A stretch of DNA of 64,000 nucleotides from Candidatus Acidiferrales bacterium (GTDB lineage: Bacteria; Acidobacteriota; Terriglobia; Acidiferrales; UBA7541), in NCBI GenBank assembly GCA_030037775.1, contig JASHQB010000182.1, positions 3,439 through 67,438 of the forward strand, written 5' to 3'. Under the pieces are notes generated by a model that worked only from the letters and a program-made list of their open reading frames with translations, searched no databases and was not told the DNA's origin. The position numbers and the translations under genes were made by a program. This document shows, one piece after another, positions 8,652 through 18,017 of the stretch; position 1 is the first letter of the stretch; every line of letters starts with the position of its first letter.

Positions 8652-11299
8652 GATTTCTTTGGTGGCCTGGCCGGCGGAGTGAACTCAACGAGGAAATTAC
8701 CGCTCATCTGCGCATGGCCACGCAAGAGCGCATCGTGCGGGGCGAAAATCCCAAGCACGCAGCACAATCGGCGCGCCGCGAATTTGGCAACGCCGCGTTG
8801 ATTCACGAAACCACGCACGACCAGTGGGGCTGGCGCTGGCTGGAAACTTTGCTGCAAGACGTTCGCTATGGCCTGCGCACGCTGCATAAATGGCCGGGTT
8901 TCACCACCGTTGCCGTTTTGACATTGGCCCTCGGCATTGGCGCTAATACGGCGCTCTTTTCCATCGTCAACGGCGTTTTGTTGAAGCCGCTGCCGTATCC
9001 GCATCCCGAACGGCTCGTCACCCTTCACGAAAGCAAGCCGAATTTTCCCACCGGGTCGATCTCCTATCCCAATTTTCGCGACTGGGAAAAGAACAACCAC
9101 ACATTCTCGGCGATGGCCATCGCTCGCGGCTCTGACTTTGGTCTGACGGGCAGAGGCGACGCCGAACGCGTTCGCGCCGAATTTATTTCTTCGAACTTCT
9201 TCGATATCTTGGGCGTCAAGCCGATCCTAGGCCGGAATTTCGCGCCCGGCGAAGACGAAATCGGCGCAGCCGCTCCCATAGCCCTCATCAGCGAAGGTTT
9301 TTGGAAGGAAAAGCTAGGTGGCGCGCCCAACGTCCTCGGCCAAGCCCTCATTCTCGACGGCAAGTCCTACACCATCGTCGGCGTCATTCCGGCAAAGTTC
9401 GATCTCACTACGCAAAGTTTCATCCCCAAACAGATATATGTTCCCTTCGGGCAATGGGGCAGTCCCTGGCTGACGAATCGTTTTGCCGGCCTTGCCATTC
9501 ATGGCATCGGCCGGCTCAAGCCAGGCGTCACGTTGGAGCAGGCGCGCGCGGATATGACTTCCGTGACCAATGCTCTCGCGGCCGCCTATCCCGCCGATGA
9601 CAAAAATATTGGCGCCACGATCCTTCCGATCAAAGACGACATGCTCGCCAACATTCCGTTCTACTTGGAAGTCCTCCTCGGTGCCGTCGGCTTCGTTCTT
9701 CTGATCGCCTGCGTCAACGTTGCCAATCTCCTGCTTGCACGTTCAACAGGCCGGACGCGCGAATTCGCGATTCGCTCCGCGCTCGGCGCCGGACATGGAC
9801 GCCTGATACGCCAATTGCTGACCGAAAGCGTTCTGCTGGCAATTTTCGGCGGCGGCCTCGGCCTTTTAGCTGCCCAGTGGGGCACACGTGGAGCCCTCGC
9901 GCTACTGCCGTCGGAGTTGCCTCGCGCCGCGGAGGTCGGTCTTGACTTGCACGTTCTGCTTTTCACTATGGGAATTTCGGTGCTTGCTGGAATTCTCTTC
10001 GGGTTGGCGCCTGCATTCAAAATCGTGCGCAACGATCTGCAGAAGCGTTTGAAAGAAGGCGGGCGCGGGTCGAGCGCCTCTCGCCAGGCGACGCAAACCA
10101 CGTTCGTCCTTGTCGAAATGGCCATGACCCTTGTGCTTCTGGTGGGCGCCGGCCTCATGGTCCGTTCGCTCGCCGCATTGGGAAACGTCGATCCGGGATT
10201 CCGCCCGGACCACGTTCTCACTTTCGGCATAACTCTTCCGGCACCGATGACCCACGCCAGTCCGGACGCAATTCGTGCGGCGCTTCGCCAGACCGAGGAT
10301 GTCATGAAGTCTGTATCTGGAGTTCAGAGTGTCTCTTTGTCTTTCGGCGCCTTCCCGATGAGCGGTGACGATGAGCAGTTTTTTTGGCATGCGGGACAGC
10401 CCAAGCCGACCAGCGAGAGCGATATGAACTGGGCGCTCAGCTACGTTGTGGACCCGGATTATTTGCGCGTAATGGGCGTTCCTCTTAAGAGCGGCCGTTT
10501 TTTCACGATTCAGGACAACGAGCACGCGCCCCTGGTTGCCGTTGTTGACGATGTTTTTGCACGCAAGTACTTCGGCAGTAGCAGTCCCGTCGGCCAACGC
10601 ATTCGCACCATGCAATCTGGCAATAGTGAAGTTGAAATCATCGGCGTTGTTGGCCACGTCAACCAATGGGGCCTCGACTCCGATAGCTCCAATTCGCTCC
10701 GCGCGGAGATCTACATGCCGTACATGCAGCTTCCCGGTGACTCGTTTCCCGTCGCCGCGGCCGGGACGGGCGCTGCGATTCGCTACCAGGGTGCGGATGC
10801 TCCCCTCTTCAGCGCCATTCGTCGTGCCCTCCAAAGGGCCAACAGCGACAATATCGTCTACGACGCTGAAACCATGGGCGGTATCATTTCGGATTCGCTT
10901 GCTGTCCGCCGCTTCACCATGCAGATTCTCGGTATCTTTGCGGCGTTCGCGCTTTTGTTGTCCACGATCGGTATCTATGGCGTTCTTTCTTACGTCGTCG
11001 GCCAGCGCTCCAACGAAATCGGCATTCGTATGGCGCTTGGCGCGCAGCGTTCAGATATCCTGCAGATGATCCTCGGGCACGGCGCGCGCATGGCCGCTGC
11101 CGGCATTGCCGTGGGGCTGCTCGCGGCGCTCGGTCTGACGCGTTTAATGTCTGGAATACTTTTTGGTATTGGCGCAACCGACCCGCTCACTTTCGTCGGC
11201 GTTTCGGTTCTCCTGATTCTCGTGGCTCTCGCGGCCTGCTACATCCCCGCCCGCCGCGCCATGCGCGTCGATCCCATGGTAGCCCTCCGTTACGAATAA
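8648..11299 (+). CDS. ADOP-type duplicated FtsX/MacB-like permease with N-terminal helical prefix (copy 1)
   Basis: 883 aa. Cytoplasmic prefix ELNEEITAHLRM...[25 protein letters not shown]. Two FtsX modules (VNVANLLLARSTGRTREFAIRSALGA... and ...[13 protein letters not shown]). Conserved tail [20 protein letters not shown]. No ATPase domain. Confidence 0.9.
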   Translation: MRFLWWPGRRSELNEEITAHLRMATQERIVRGENPKHAAQSARREFGNAALIHETTHDQWGWRWLETLLQDVRYGLRTLHKWPGFTTVAVLTLALGIGANTALFSIVNGVLLKPLPYPHPERLVTLHESKPNFPTGSISYPNFRDWEKNNHTFSAMAIARGSDFGLTGRGDAERVRAEFISSNFFDILGVKPILGRNFAPGEDEIGAAAPIALISEGFWKEKLGGAPNVLGQALILDGKSYTIVGVIPAKFDLTTQSFIPKQIYVPFGQWGSPWLTNRFAGLAIHGIGRLKPGVTLEQARADMTSVTNALAAAYPADDKNIGATILPIKDDMLANIPFYLEVLLGAVGFVLLIACVNVANLLLARSTGRTREFAIRSALGAGHGRLIRQLLTESVLLAIFGGGLGLLAAQWGTRGALALLPSELPRAAEVGLDLHVLLFTMGISVLAGILFGLAPAFKIVRNDLQKRLKEGGRGSSASRQATQTTFVLVEMAMTLVLLVGAGLMVRSLAALGNVDPGFRPDHVLTFGITLPAPMTHASPDAIRAALRQTEDVMKSVSGVQSVSLSFGAFPMSGDDEQFFWHAGQPKPTSESDMNWALSYVVDPDYLRVMGVPLKSGRFFTIQDNEHAPLVAVVDDVFARKYFGSSSPVGQRIRTMQSGNSEVEIIGVVGHVNQWGLDSDSSNSLRAEIYMPYMQLPGDSFPVAAAGTGAAIRYQGADAPLFSAIRRALQRANSDNIVYDAETMGGIISDSLAVRRFTMQILGIFAAFALLLSTIGIYGVLSYVVGQRSNEIGIRMALGAQRSDILQMILGHGARMAAAGIAVGLLAALGLTRLMSGILFGIGATDPLTFVGVSVLLILVALAACYIPARRAMRVDPMVALRYE

Positions 11300-11317
11300 G
11301 TGGGTGAGGAGCGGAAT

Positions 11318-13987
11318 ATGAGCTTCTTTTGGCGGCGCAAGCAACAAGAGCTGAACGAAGAAATCGATGCGCATCTCCGCATGGCGGCAGGGGATCGTCT
11401 CGCACGCGGCGAGAACCCCGGGCGCGCGGCGCAATTGGCGCGCCGCGAATTGGGCAACGCCACGCTCATCCATGAAACCACGCGCGACCAATGGGGCTGG
11501 CGCTGGCTGGAGACTTTCCTTCAGGATGCCCGCTACGCTCTTCGGATGCTGCGCAAGTCTCCGGGTTTTACGACGGTCGCCGTCCTTACGCTCGCGCTCG
11601 GCATTGGCGCCAACACTGGCATCTTCAGCATCGTGGAAGCAGTTCTTCTTCGTCCGTTGCCATTTCATGATCCGGACCGCGTTGTACGAATCCTGGAAGC
11701 GGTGAAGGACCTGCCGTACACATCCATCAGCGGCGAGGATTATTTCGATTGGGAATCGCAAAACCGCACACTGCAGGGCTCCAGCATCGCCACGTTCACA
11801 CAGAATTACAACGCCAGTGGCGCGGGCGCGCCAGAGGCGGTTGCCGTCGTCCGCACTGAAGCAAATTTTTTCTCTGTTCTCGGTGCCGATCCTCTTCTCG
11901 GCCGCGCCTTTGCCTCTGGCGAAGATCAAGTCGGCAAAGATCACGTCGCTGTTCTCAGTTACGGTTTCTGGCGGCGCCATTTTGCAGGAAGCGCCGACGC
12001 CCTTGGCAAGACTGTGGAACTGAACTATCAGCCGTACACCGTCGTGGGAGTCATGCCGCGCTGGTTCAACTATCCCGAATCCATCGATGTATGGATTCCC
12101 CTCGATCATACTGTGCAAGGCACGAGCGCTCGCGGCAACTACTCATATATGGCCATAGGGCGCCTCAAGCAGGGAATTACGATTCAGCAAGCGCAATCGG
12201 ACTTGTCTGCGATTGCAGCTCACCAGAGTCAGCTCTACCCTGACACCAACAAGGACCGCAATGTCTCGGTTATTCCTCTCAAGACCCGCATTACTCAAGG
12301 CTCGCGGCCCCAGCTTCTGATGCTGCTCGGCGCTGTGGCTCTGGTGCTGCTGCTGGCCTGCGCGAACGTCGCCAATCTCCTGCTCGCACGCGCAGCGCGC
12401 CGCGAGCGCGAAATGGTCCTGCGCGCCACCTTGGGAGCGAGCAGGATGCGCATCCTGCGCCAATTGCTCACCGAGAGCGTTCTTCTTTCCCTTGCAGGCG
12501 CAGGCCTGGGCCTTGTCGGTGCGTCGTGGTGCATCAGTTTTGCGCAATCGACCACGTGGCTTCCGATTCCGCATACCAATCCGATTTCCCTGAATATGAC
12601 CGTCTTGGCGTTTACGGTGGGGATCAGCGTTGTAGTCGGCGTTCTCTTCGGTCTCGCTCCGGCGTTGGAAGCGTCGCGCGTCAATCTTGCCGAAGCTCTG
12701 AAGGAGAGCACGCGGAGCGTGGCCAGTTCAGCAGGGTGGCGAGGCAAACTGCGCGATGTTCTTGTGATTTCCGAGATCGCCGTTTCTCTGGGCCTTCTTA
12801 TTGGAGCCGGCCTGCTCTTGCGCACCTTTGCGCGGATGCGCAGCGCCGACATCGGTGTTCGTCCGAATAACGTCCTCACCATAGCCATCGCGCTTCCCGA
12901 TACGAAGTACAAAACTCTTCCGGACAGACGTGCTTTCTACGATCGGCTTCTCACTCGCGTTCAAGCTCTGCCAGGAATCGAAGACGCAGCTCTCGCGCAG
13001 ACGCTTCCTCTCGAAGAAGATCACTCCTGGGGCGGCTATCCGGAAGGTGCACCCGACTGGCGCGCCTCCTTAGTCCAGTTGAGAGTAAATTTCGTCACCC
13101 CTGACTATTTTCGCGTAATGGGCATTCCTTTTCGCGGCGGTCGAAATTTCTCCTCGCAAGAAATCGATCGCGCGCTGGACAGCGTCCAGCAGTACGCGGA
13201 GTTCACAAAAAAGCATCCGAGTTTCCAATTCGGCGAACACCGCGAGTTCTTTTGCTCGGCCGTTCTCAGCTATGCCGCAGCCCAAGCTCTCTGGCACAAC
13301 CAAGATCCCATCGGGAAAGTTTTCGTCAGCGGAAATATTCCTGTGCAGGTAGTCGGCGTCGTTGGAGATGTCAAAGAAGAAGACATCCGCACCGGCGCAA
13401 CGCCTTCGGCCTATTTCCCCATGACACAAGAGCTCGACAACTCGTTCTACGCGGAGCGAATCGTCGTAAAAACGAAGATGGTCCCGGATAGCGCTGTTTC
13501 CGCAATTCGGGCCAGTGTTCAGCAGCTCGACAACAGTCTTTCGCTCTTTAGCGTCCGGACGATGCAACAAGTTGTCGCGGAGAATATGGAAGACACCAGC
13601 CTGCAAACCACGCTCCTCAGCATCTTCGCCGCTCTTGGCCTGATTCTGGCAGCCGTCGGGACTTACGGAGTCATGTCTTATCTGGTGACCCAGCGCACCC
13701 ACGAAATTGGCATCCGCGTCGCCCTCGGCGCGCAACCGCGCCATGTGCTCTCCCTTGTGATGGGCCACGGCGTGCGCCTCGCCGGAATCGGTGTGACCAT
13801 CGGTGCGGCGCTGGCACTTTCTCTCACAAGCCTCATTTCGAGCTTTCTGTTTGGTGTTGCGCCGACGGATCCGGCAACATTCGTCGCCGTAACCGCGTTT
13901 CTGCTGCTGGTGGCTTTGCTGGCATGTTACATCCCGACGCGCCGTGCTATGCGCGTCGATCCCATGGTTGCCCTACGTTACGAATAA
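11318..13987 (+). CDS. ADOP-type duplicated FtsX/MacB-like permease (copy 2)
   Basis: Same architecture as copy 1. ATG 11318 follows a gaggag SD, whereas the track begins at GTG 11300. Ends ...[15 protein letters not shown]. Confidence 0.9.
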   Translation: MSFFWRRKQQELNEEIDAHLRMAAGDRLARGENPGRAAQLARRELGNATLIHETTRDQWGWRWLETFLQDARYALRMLRKSPGFTTVAVLTLALGIGANTGIFSIVEAVLLRPLPFHDPDRVVRILEAVKDLPYTSISGEDYFDWESQNRTLQGSSIATFTQNYNASGAGAPEAVAVVRTEANFFSVLGADPLLGRAFASGEDQVGKDHVAVLSYGFWRRHFAGSADALGKTVELNYQPYTVVGVMPRWFNYPESIDVWIPLDHTVQGTSARGNYSYMAIGRLKQGITIQQAQSDLSAIAAHQSQLYPDTNKDRNVSVIPLKTRITQGSRPQLLMLLGAVALVLLLACANVANLLLARAARREREMVLRATLGASRMRILRQLLTESVLLSLAGAGLGLVGASWCISFAQSTTWLPIPHTNPISLNMTVLAFTVGISVVVGVLFGLAPALEASRVNLAEALKESTRSVASSAGWRGKLRDVLVISEIAVSLGLLIGAGLLLRTFARMRSADIGVRPNNVLTIAIALPDTKYKTLPDRRAFYDRLLTRVQALPGIEDAALAQTLPLEEDHSWGGYPEGAPDWRASLVQLRVNFVTPDYFRVMGIPFRGGRNFSSQEIDRALDSVQQYAEFTKKHPSFQFGEHREFFCSAVLSYAAAQALWHNQDPIGKVFVSGNIPVQVVGVVGDVKEEDIRTGATPSAYFPMTQELDNSFYAERIVVKTKMVPDSAVSAIRASVQQLDNSLSLFSVRTMQQVVAENMEDTSLQTTLLSIFAALGLILAAVGTYGVMSYLVTQRTHEIGIRVALGAQPRHVLSLVMGHGVRLAGIGVTIGAALALSLTSLISSFLFGVAPTDPATFVAVTAFLLLVALLACYIPTRRAMRVDPMVALRYE

Positions 13988-14005
13988 GTGGGTGAGGAGC
14001 GGAAT

Positions 14006-16852
14006 ATGAGTTTCTTTTGGCGGCGCAAGCAACAAGAGCTGAACGAAGAAATCGATGCGCATCTCCGCATGGCGGAACGGGATCGTCTCGCACGCGGCGA
14101 GAATCCGGGGCGCGCGGCGCAATCGGCGCGCCGCGAATTGGGCAATGTGGCGCTGATTCACGAAACCACGCGCGACCAATGGGGCTGGCGCTGGCTGGAA
14201 ACGTTGCTGCAAGATTTTCGTTACGCATGTCGCATGCTGCGCAAATCCCCCGGCTTCACCGCCGTCGCCGTGCTCACTCTCGCCCTCGGCATCGGGGCCA
14301 ACACCGCCATCTTCAGCTTCGTCGACGCGGTGCTCTTAACCTCCATTCCGGTGAAAGCCCCGCAGCAGCTCGTCGCCTTCAGTTGGAGCGCTCATGCACA
14401 GCCGAAAATCAAGGGTCTGAGCGACTACGGTGATTGCGCGGACCAACCCGGCATCGGCGATTGCTCCTTCTCCATACCTTTCTTCAAGACCCTACGCGCG
14501 CAAGCCAACGCCTTTTCTGGCATGGCTGCATTCGCGGGGCCGATGGACGTCGACTTGAGCGGCAACGGCGCCGCCAGTATGGCCCGCGGCCTCTACGTTT
14601 CCGGCGATTTTTTCTCCACTCTCGGCGTTAGCACTTTCATTGGCCGCCCGCTCGCTCCCTCCGATGATTTGCCTTCCGCCCCGCCCGTCATCGTTTTGAA
14701 TTATTCTTATTGGGCCCGTGCCTTCGCTGCCGCTCCTTCCGTCATCGGCCGCACCGTTCACCTCGACAGCACCACGGCCACGATTGTGGGCGTGGCCGAC
14801 CCGCGCTTCACCAATCTCACGCCCGGCAAACCGCTCGATTTCTTCATGCCGTTCTCCGTTGCCGATAGCGTCCGCGGCGAATGGTGGGGCAATCAGGACC
14901 GCGTTTCTGATGCCACCGAAAGGTGGATTGTCATCCTTGGGCGGCTTAAGGACGGTGTTTCCCTCGGTCAGGCGCAAGCCACCGCTACTGCAATTTTCCG
15001 CAATGAGATGATTCACGGCGTAGCGCAATTCTTCAAACCGGAAGACGCTCCCGCCATCACTCTTCGTCCTCTGCGCTCGGGCCTCAACGGCGAAACGAGC
15101 GAGATTGCGCCTGCGCTCTACGTCACCATGACCATCGTCGCGTTCATTCTTCTGATTGCCTGCGCCAACGTAGCCGGACTCACTTTGGCTCGCTCCGCCT
15201 CGCGCCAGAAAGAAATGGCCGTGCGCCTCGCGCTGGGAGCCGGCCGCGCGCGCATCGCGCGGCAATTGCTCACCGAAAGCCTGTTGTTATCTCTTGTCGG
15301 TGGCGCGCTGGGAGTTTTGCTTTCCATCTGGGGGATTGATGCAATCACCGCGCTCTTTTCCAGCGGGTATTACCAAACTTTTCCCTTCGTGATTGCGCCG
15401 GACTGGCGCGTCCTCACCTTCACCATCGCCATCACCTTCGCCACCGGAGTTCTCTTCGGCCTCGCGCCCGCCCTGCGCGGTTCGCGCGTTGACTTGACGC
15501 CATCGCTGAAGGAAAGCGCCTCCTCTCTCCCCGGCGTTGCATCGCACACGGGTCGCCGTTTCCGTCTTGGCGATGCCCTCGTCGTCGCGCAAGTCGCCCT
15601 CTCCATCGTCGTCCTCATCGGCGCCGGACTTCTCGTCCGCACGCTGCGCAATCTTCACGGCATCAATCCCGGCTTCGACCCCCAAAACATCCTGCTCTTC
15701 GGCATCGATCCCCATCTCGCTGGTTATACCGACGCGCAAACGCAGCAGCTTTACGCCAATTTGCAGCAGCGTTTCACCGCGCTCCCCGGCGTGATTTCCG
15801 CCAGCTATTCGGAAGATGCCTTGTTGGACGGGGGCTGGTCCGGCAACGACGTCCATCTCGACGGTGCGCCGCCAAAACAGAACGTTAATACGGCCACTCT
15901 TACCGTCGGATTGGATTTCTTTTCCACCATGCGCATTCCTCTGCTCGCAGGCCGCAACTTCACTTCCGCCGACTTCGCTGCGGCCGCCGCGACCAACGCC
16001 GCAAACAAGGTCCGCGCCGCCGCTGCAAAATCCAAACCCGCGCCTTCGGCGTCCGCGCCTGCCCCGCCCACAGCGCTCGAGGAGGCTTACTTCCACTCCG
16101 CGCCCGTCCCGGTTCTCATTAACGAATTCTTTGCGAAAAAATTCTTCGCGAATCAGAATCCCGTCGGCTTGCACATGGGCGATGAGCAACGCGCAGACAG
16201 CGACGTTCAAAATCTTGGTCCCGGCTACACCATCATCGGCATCGTCGGCGACACGAAGTACCCCCAATTGCGCAGAAAGATTGTGCCCATCATGTTTCTT
16301 CCGCTCATGAGCAACGAGGCCCATTTCGAACTGCGCACTGCGGCCAATCCCACCGCGCTGGTGAAAAACGTCCGCGAAATCGTCTCCCAGGCTGGTGACA
16401 ATCTGCCGCTCACCGATGTCCGCACTCAAACGGAACAGATCGATCAAATCCTATTTCAAGAGCGCCTCATGGCGCGCCTCTCCAGCTTCTTCGGCGCGCT
16501 CGCGCTGGCCCTCGCCTGCATTGGCCTGTACGGTTTGTTGTCCTACGAAGTCGCGTGCCGCACGCGCGAACTCGGCATTCGCATGGCTCTCGGCGCGCGG
16601 CACCGCGATCTGTTGCGTCTCGTGGTAGGCCAGGGAATTCTTCTCGTGCTCATTGGCGCCGCCATCGGCATCGCCGCCGCGTTTGGCGTCACGCGTTTCA
16701 TCTCCGCGATGCTCTACGACGTCCGCGCCAACGACCCGCTCACCATGCTCGCCGTCGCCATCCTGCTCATACTCGTCGCGCTCTTGGCCTGCTACATTCC
16801 CGCCCGCCGCGCCATGAAAGTCGACCCAATGGTAGCTCTGAGATACGAGTAA
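14006..16852 (+). CDS. ADOP-type duplicated FtsX/MacB-like permease (copy 3)
   Basis: Same architecture. ATG 14006 sits behind an identical gaggagcggaat SD. Ala/Pro-rich insert in the second periplasmic domain. Ends ...[15 protein letters not shown]. Confidence 0.9.
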   Translation: MSFFWRRKQQELNEEIDAHLRMAERDRLARGENPGRAAQSARRELGNVALIHETTRDQWGWRWLETLLQDFRYACRMLRKSPGFTAVAVLTLALGIGANTAIFSFVDAVLLTSIPVKAPQQLVAFSWSAHAQPKIKGLSDYGDCADQPGIGDCSFSIPFFKTLRAQANAFSGMAAFAGPMDVDLSGNGAASMARGLYVSGDFFSTLGVSTFIGRPLAPSDDLPSAPPVIVLNYSYWARAFAAAPSVIGRTVHLDSTTATIVGVADPRFTNLTPGKPLDFFMPFSVADSVRGEWWGNQDRVSDATERWIVILGRLKDGVSLGQAQATATAIFRNEMIHGVAQFFKPEDAPAITLRPLRSGLNGETSEIAPALYVTMTIVAFILLIACANVAGLTLARSASRQKEMAVRLALGAGRARIARQLLTESLLLSLVGGALGVLLSIWGIDAITALFSSGYYQTFPFVIAPDWRVLTFTIAITFATGVLFGLAPALRGSRVDLTPSLKESASSLPGVASHTGRRFRLGDALVVAQVALSIVVLIGAGLLVRTLRNLHGINPGFDPQNILLFGIDPHLAGYTDAQTQQLYANLQQRFTALPGVISASYSEDALLDGGWSGNDVHLDGAPPKQNVNTATLTVGLDFFSTMRIPLLAGRNFTSADFAAAAATNAANKVRAAAAKSKPAPSASAPAPPTALEEAYFHSAPVPVLINEFFAKKFFANQNPVGLHMGDEQRADSDVQNLGPGYTIIGIVGDTKYPQLRRKIVPIMFLPLMSNEAHFELRTAANPTALVKNVREIVSQAGDNLPLTDVRTQTEQIDQILFQERLMARLSSFFGALALALACIGLYGLLSYEVACRTRELGIRMALGARHRDLLRLVVGQGILLVLIGAAIGIAAAFGVTRFISAMLYDVRANDPLTMLAVAILLILVALLACYIPARRAMKVDPMVALRYE

Positions 16853-16868
16853 AGAGAGGATTGGAGAG

Positions 16869-17729
16869 ATGCGAGAGAAAGCGAAAGTGTGGGCACGAAT
16901 CCAAATATGCGTGATGATGTTTGTTTTTGTCGTGGCAGCAGCGATACAGCCGACAGCGGCACAATCGGGGGACGATTCACAAGCGCGCCCGCCCGTCTCG
17001 AAGTCCGATGTTCAGATTGTGCAGAAGGCGCGTCAGATTCTAAACTCACCCGAGAAATGGAACCGTGCGGATAACCGCGTGTGCCCAGAAACCGAGACAA
17101 AGTTCAGTCTATACTGCGCGCTGGAGAAGGCGACATACCAAGTGACGGGAGATTTTGCCCACCGCGGCGCGGCCATGCAGGAAGCGCGGTTCGTCATTGA
17201 CGACGACCTCGCGCCGGATAACCACTACCATCACAGACTTATGGATTACAACAACGATCCGCACACCACATTTGCGGATGTGCAGAGACTTTTCGATTTC
17301 CTGCAAGGGAGAATCGAAGCAAGGCTGGCGGATCAGCAGGCGAATTCTCCATCGACCGCCGAAATCGAACTGCCTAAGGTTACCCCAACCGATATCGAGG
17401 TTCTGAAGAAGGTGCAGGCAATATTGGACTCGCCAGCCAAGTGGGACCGGGTGAGCACGCAGCATTGCAAGCCAGATGCCACGAAGTTTGGGCTGTATTG
17501 CGCATTCGAAGCGGCTTCGATTGCCGTCACGGGGAAATCTGATTACGACGGGCCAGCCATTCAAGAGGCAAAGCAGCTAATCAGCAGAACGGCGCCGAAT
17601 GCCGCGAAATACAGCGCACGATTGGTGGATTACAACAACGACCCGGGCGTGACCTTTCAGGATATGCAGACGCTGCTGAGAACGGTCGAGACTAATCTGG
17701 AGAAGAGGATGGCGGCTCAAGGGCAATAG
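16869..17729 (+). CDS. secreted hypothetical protein built from two homologous repeats of about 115 aa
   Basis: 286 aa. Signal-like [17 protein letters not shown]. Repeat 1 ...[38 protein letters not shown]...[17 protein letters not shown] aligns with repeat 2 ...[38 protein letters not shown]...[17 protein letters not shown]. Starts 16 nt after adop3 with a ggattggagag SD. Confidence 0.75.
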   Translation: MREKAKVWARIQICVMMFVFVVAAAIQPTAAQSGDDSQARPPVSKSDVQIVQKARQILNSPEKWNRADNRVCPETETKFSLYCALEKATYQVTGDFAHRGAAMQEARFVIDDDLAPDNHYHHRLMDYNNDPHTTFADVQRLFDFLQGRIEARLADQQANSPSTAEIELPKVTPTDIEVLKKVQAILDSPAKWDRVSTQHCKPDATKFGLYCAFEAASIAVTGKSDYDGPAIQEAKQLISRTAPNAAKYSARLVDYNNDPGVTFQDMQTLLRTVETNLEKRMAAQGQ

Positions 17730-17769
17730 CTTTCTTCCTGCCTTTTTAACCTACGGTCAAAACTTCGCC

Positions 17770-17871
17770 GGTGCCGCCATCCTGCTCATTCTCGTCGCGC
17801 TACTCGCCTGCTACATTCCCGCCCGCCGCGCCATAAAAGTCGATCCCATGGTAGCTCTGCGCTACGAGTGA
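17770..17871 (+). pseudogene. orphan 3'-terminal fragment of an ADOP permease gene
   Basis: Encodes ...[32 protein letters not shown] with no upstream ORF. About 90% identical by hand alignment to 16757..16852, the 3' end of copy 3. Confidence 0.7.
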
Positions 17872-18017
17872 ACCGTACTTCCGGCCAAGTAATCGATAGG
17901 CTACGCGGTGGCTTGCGGCCCCGTCGCACCCACCGCCAGGCATTAAAATCCTTATTGAGCTATCCCTCAGCTGTTCTCAGAGCCAGGCGTACAGAGTAGT
18001 TCCGGGGTTTTTCGAAG

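Noticed and set aside
9902-12118. Long minus-strand ORFs (310 and 324 aa) inside the ADOP genes
   Set aside because: They are antisense to permease genes whose frames show conserved paralogous motifs. Their composition is typical of GC shadows.
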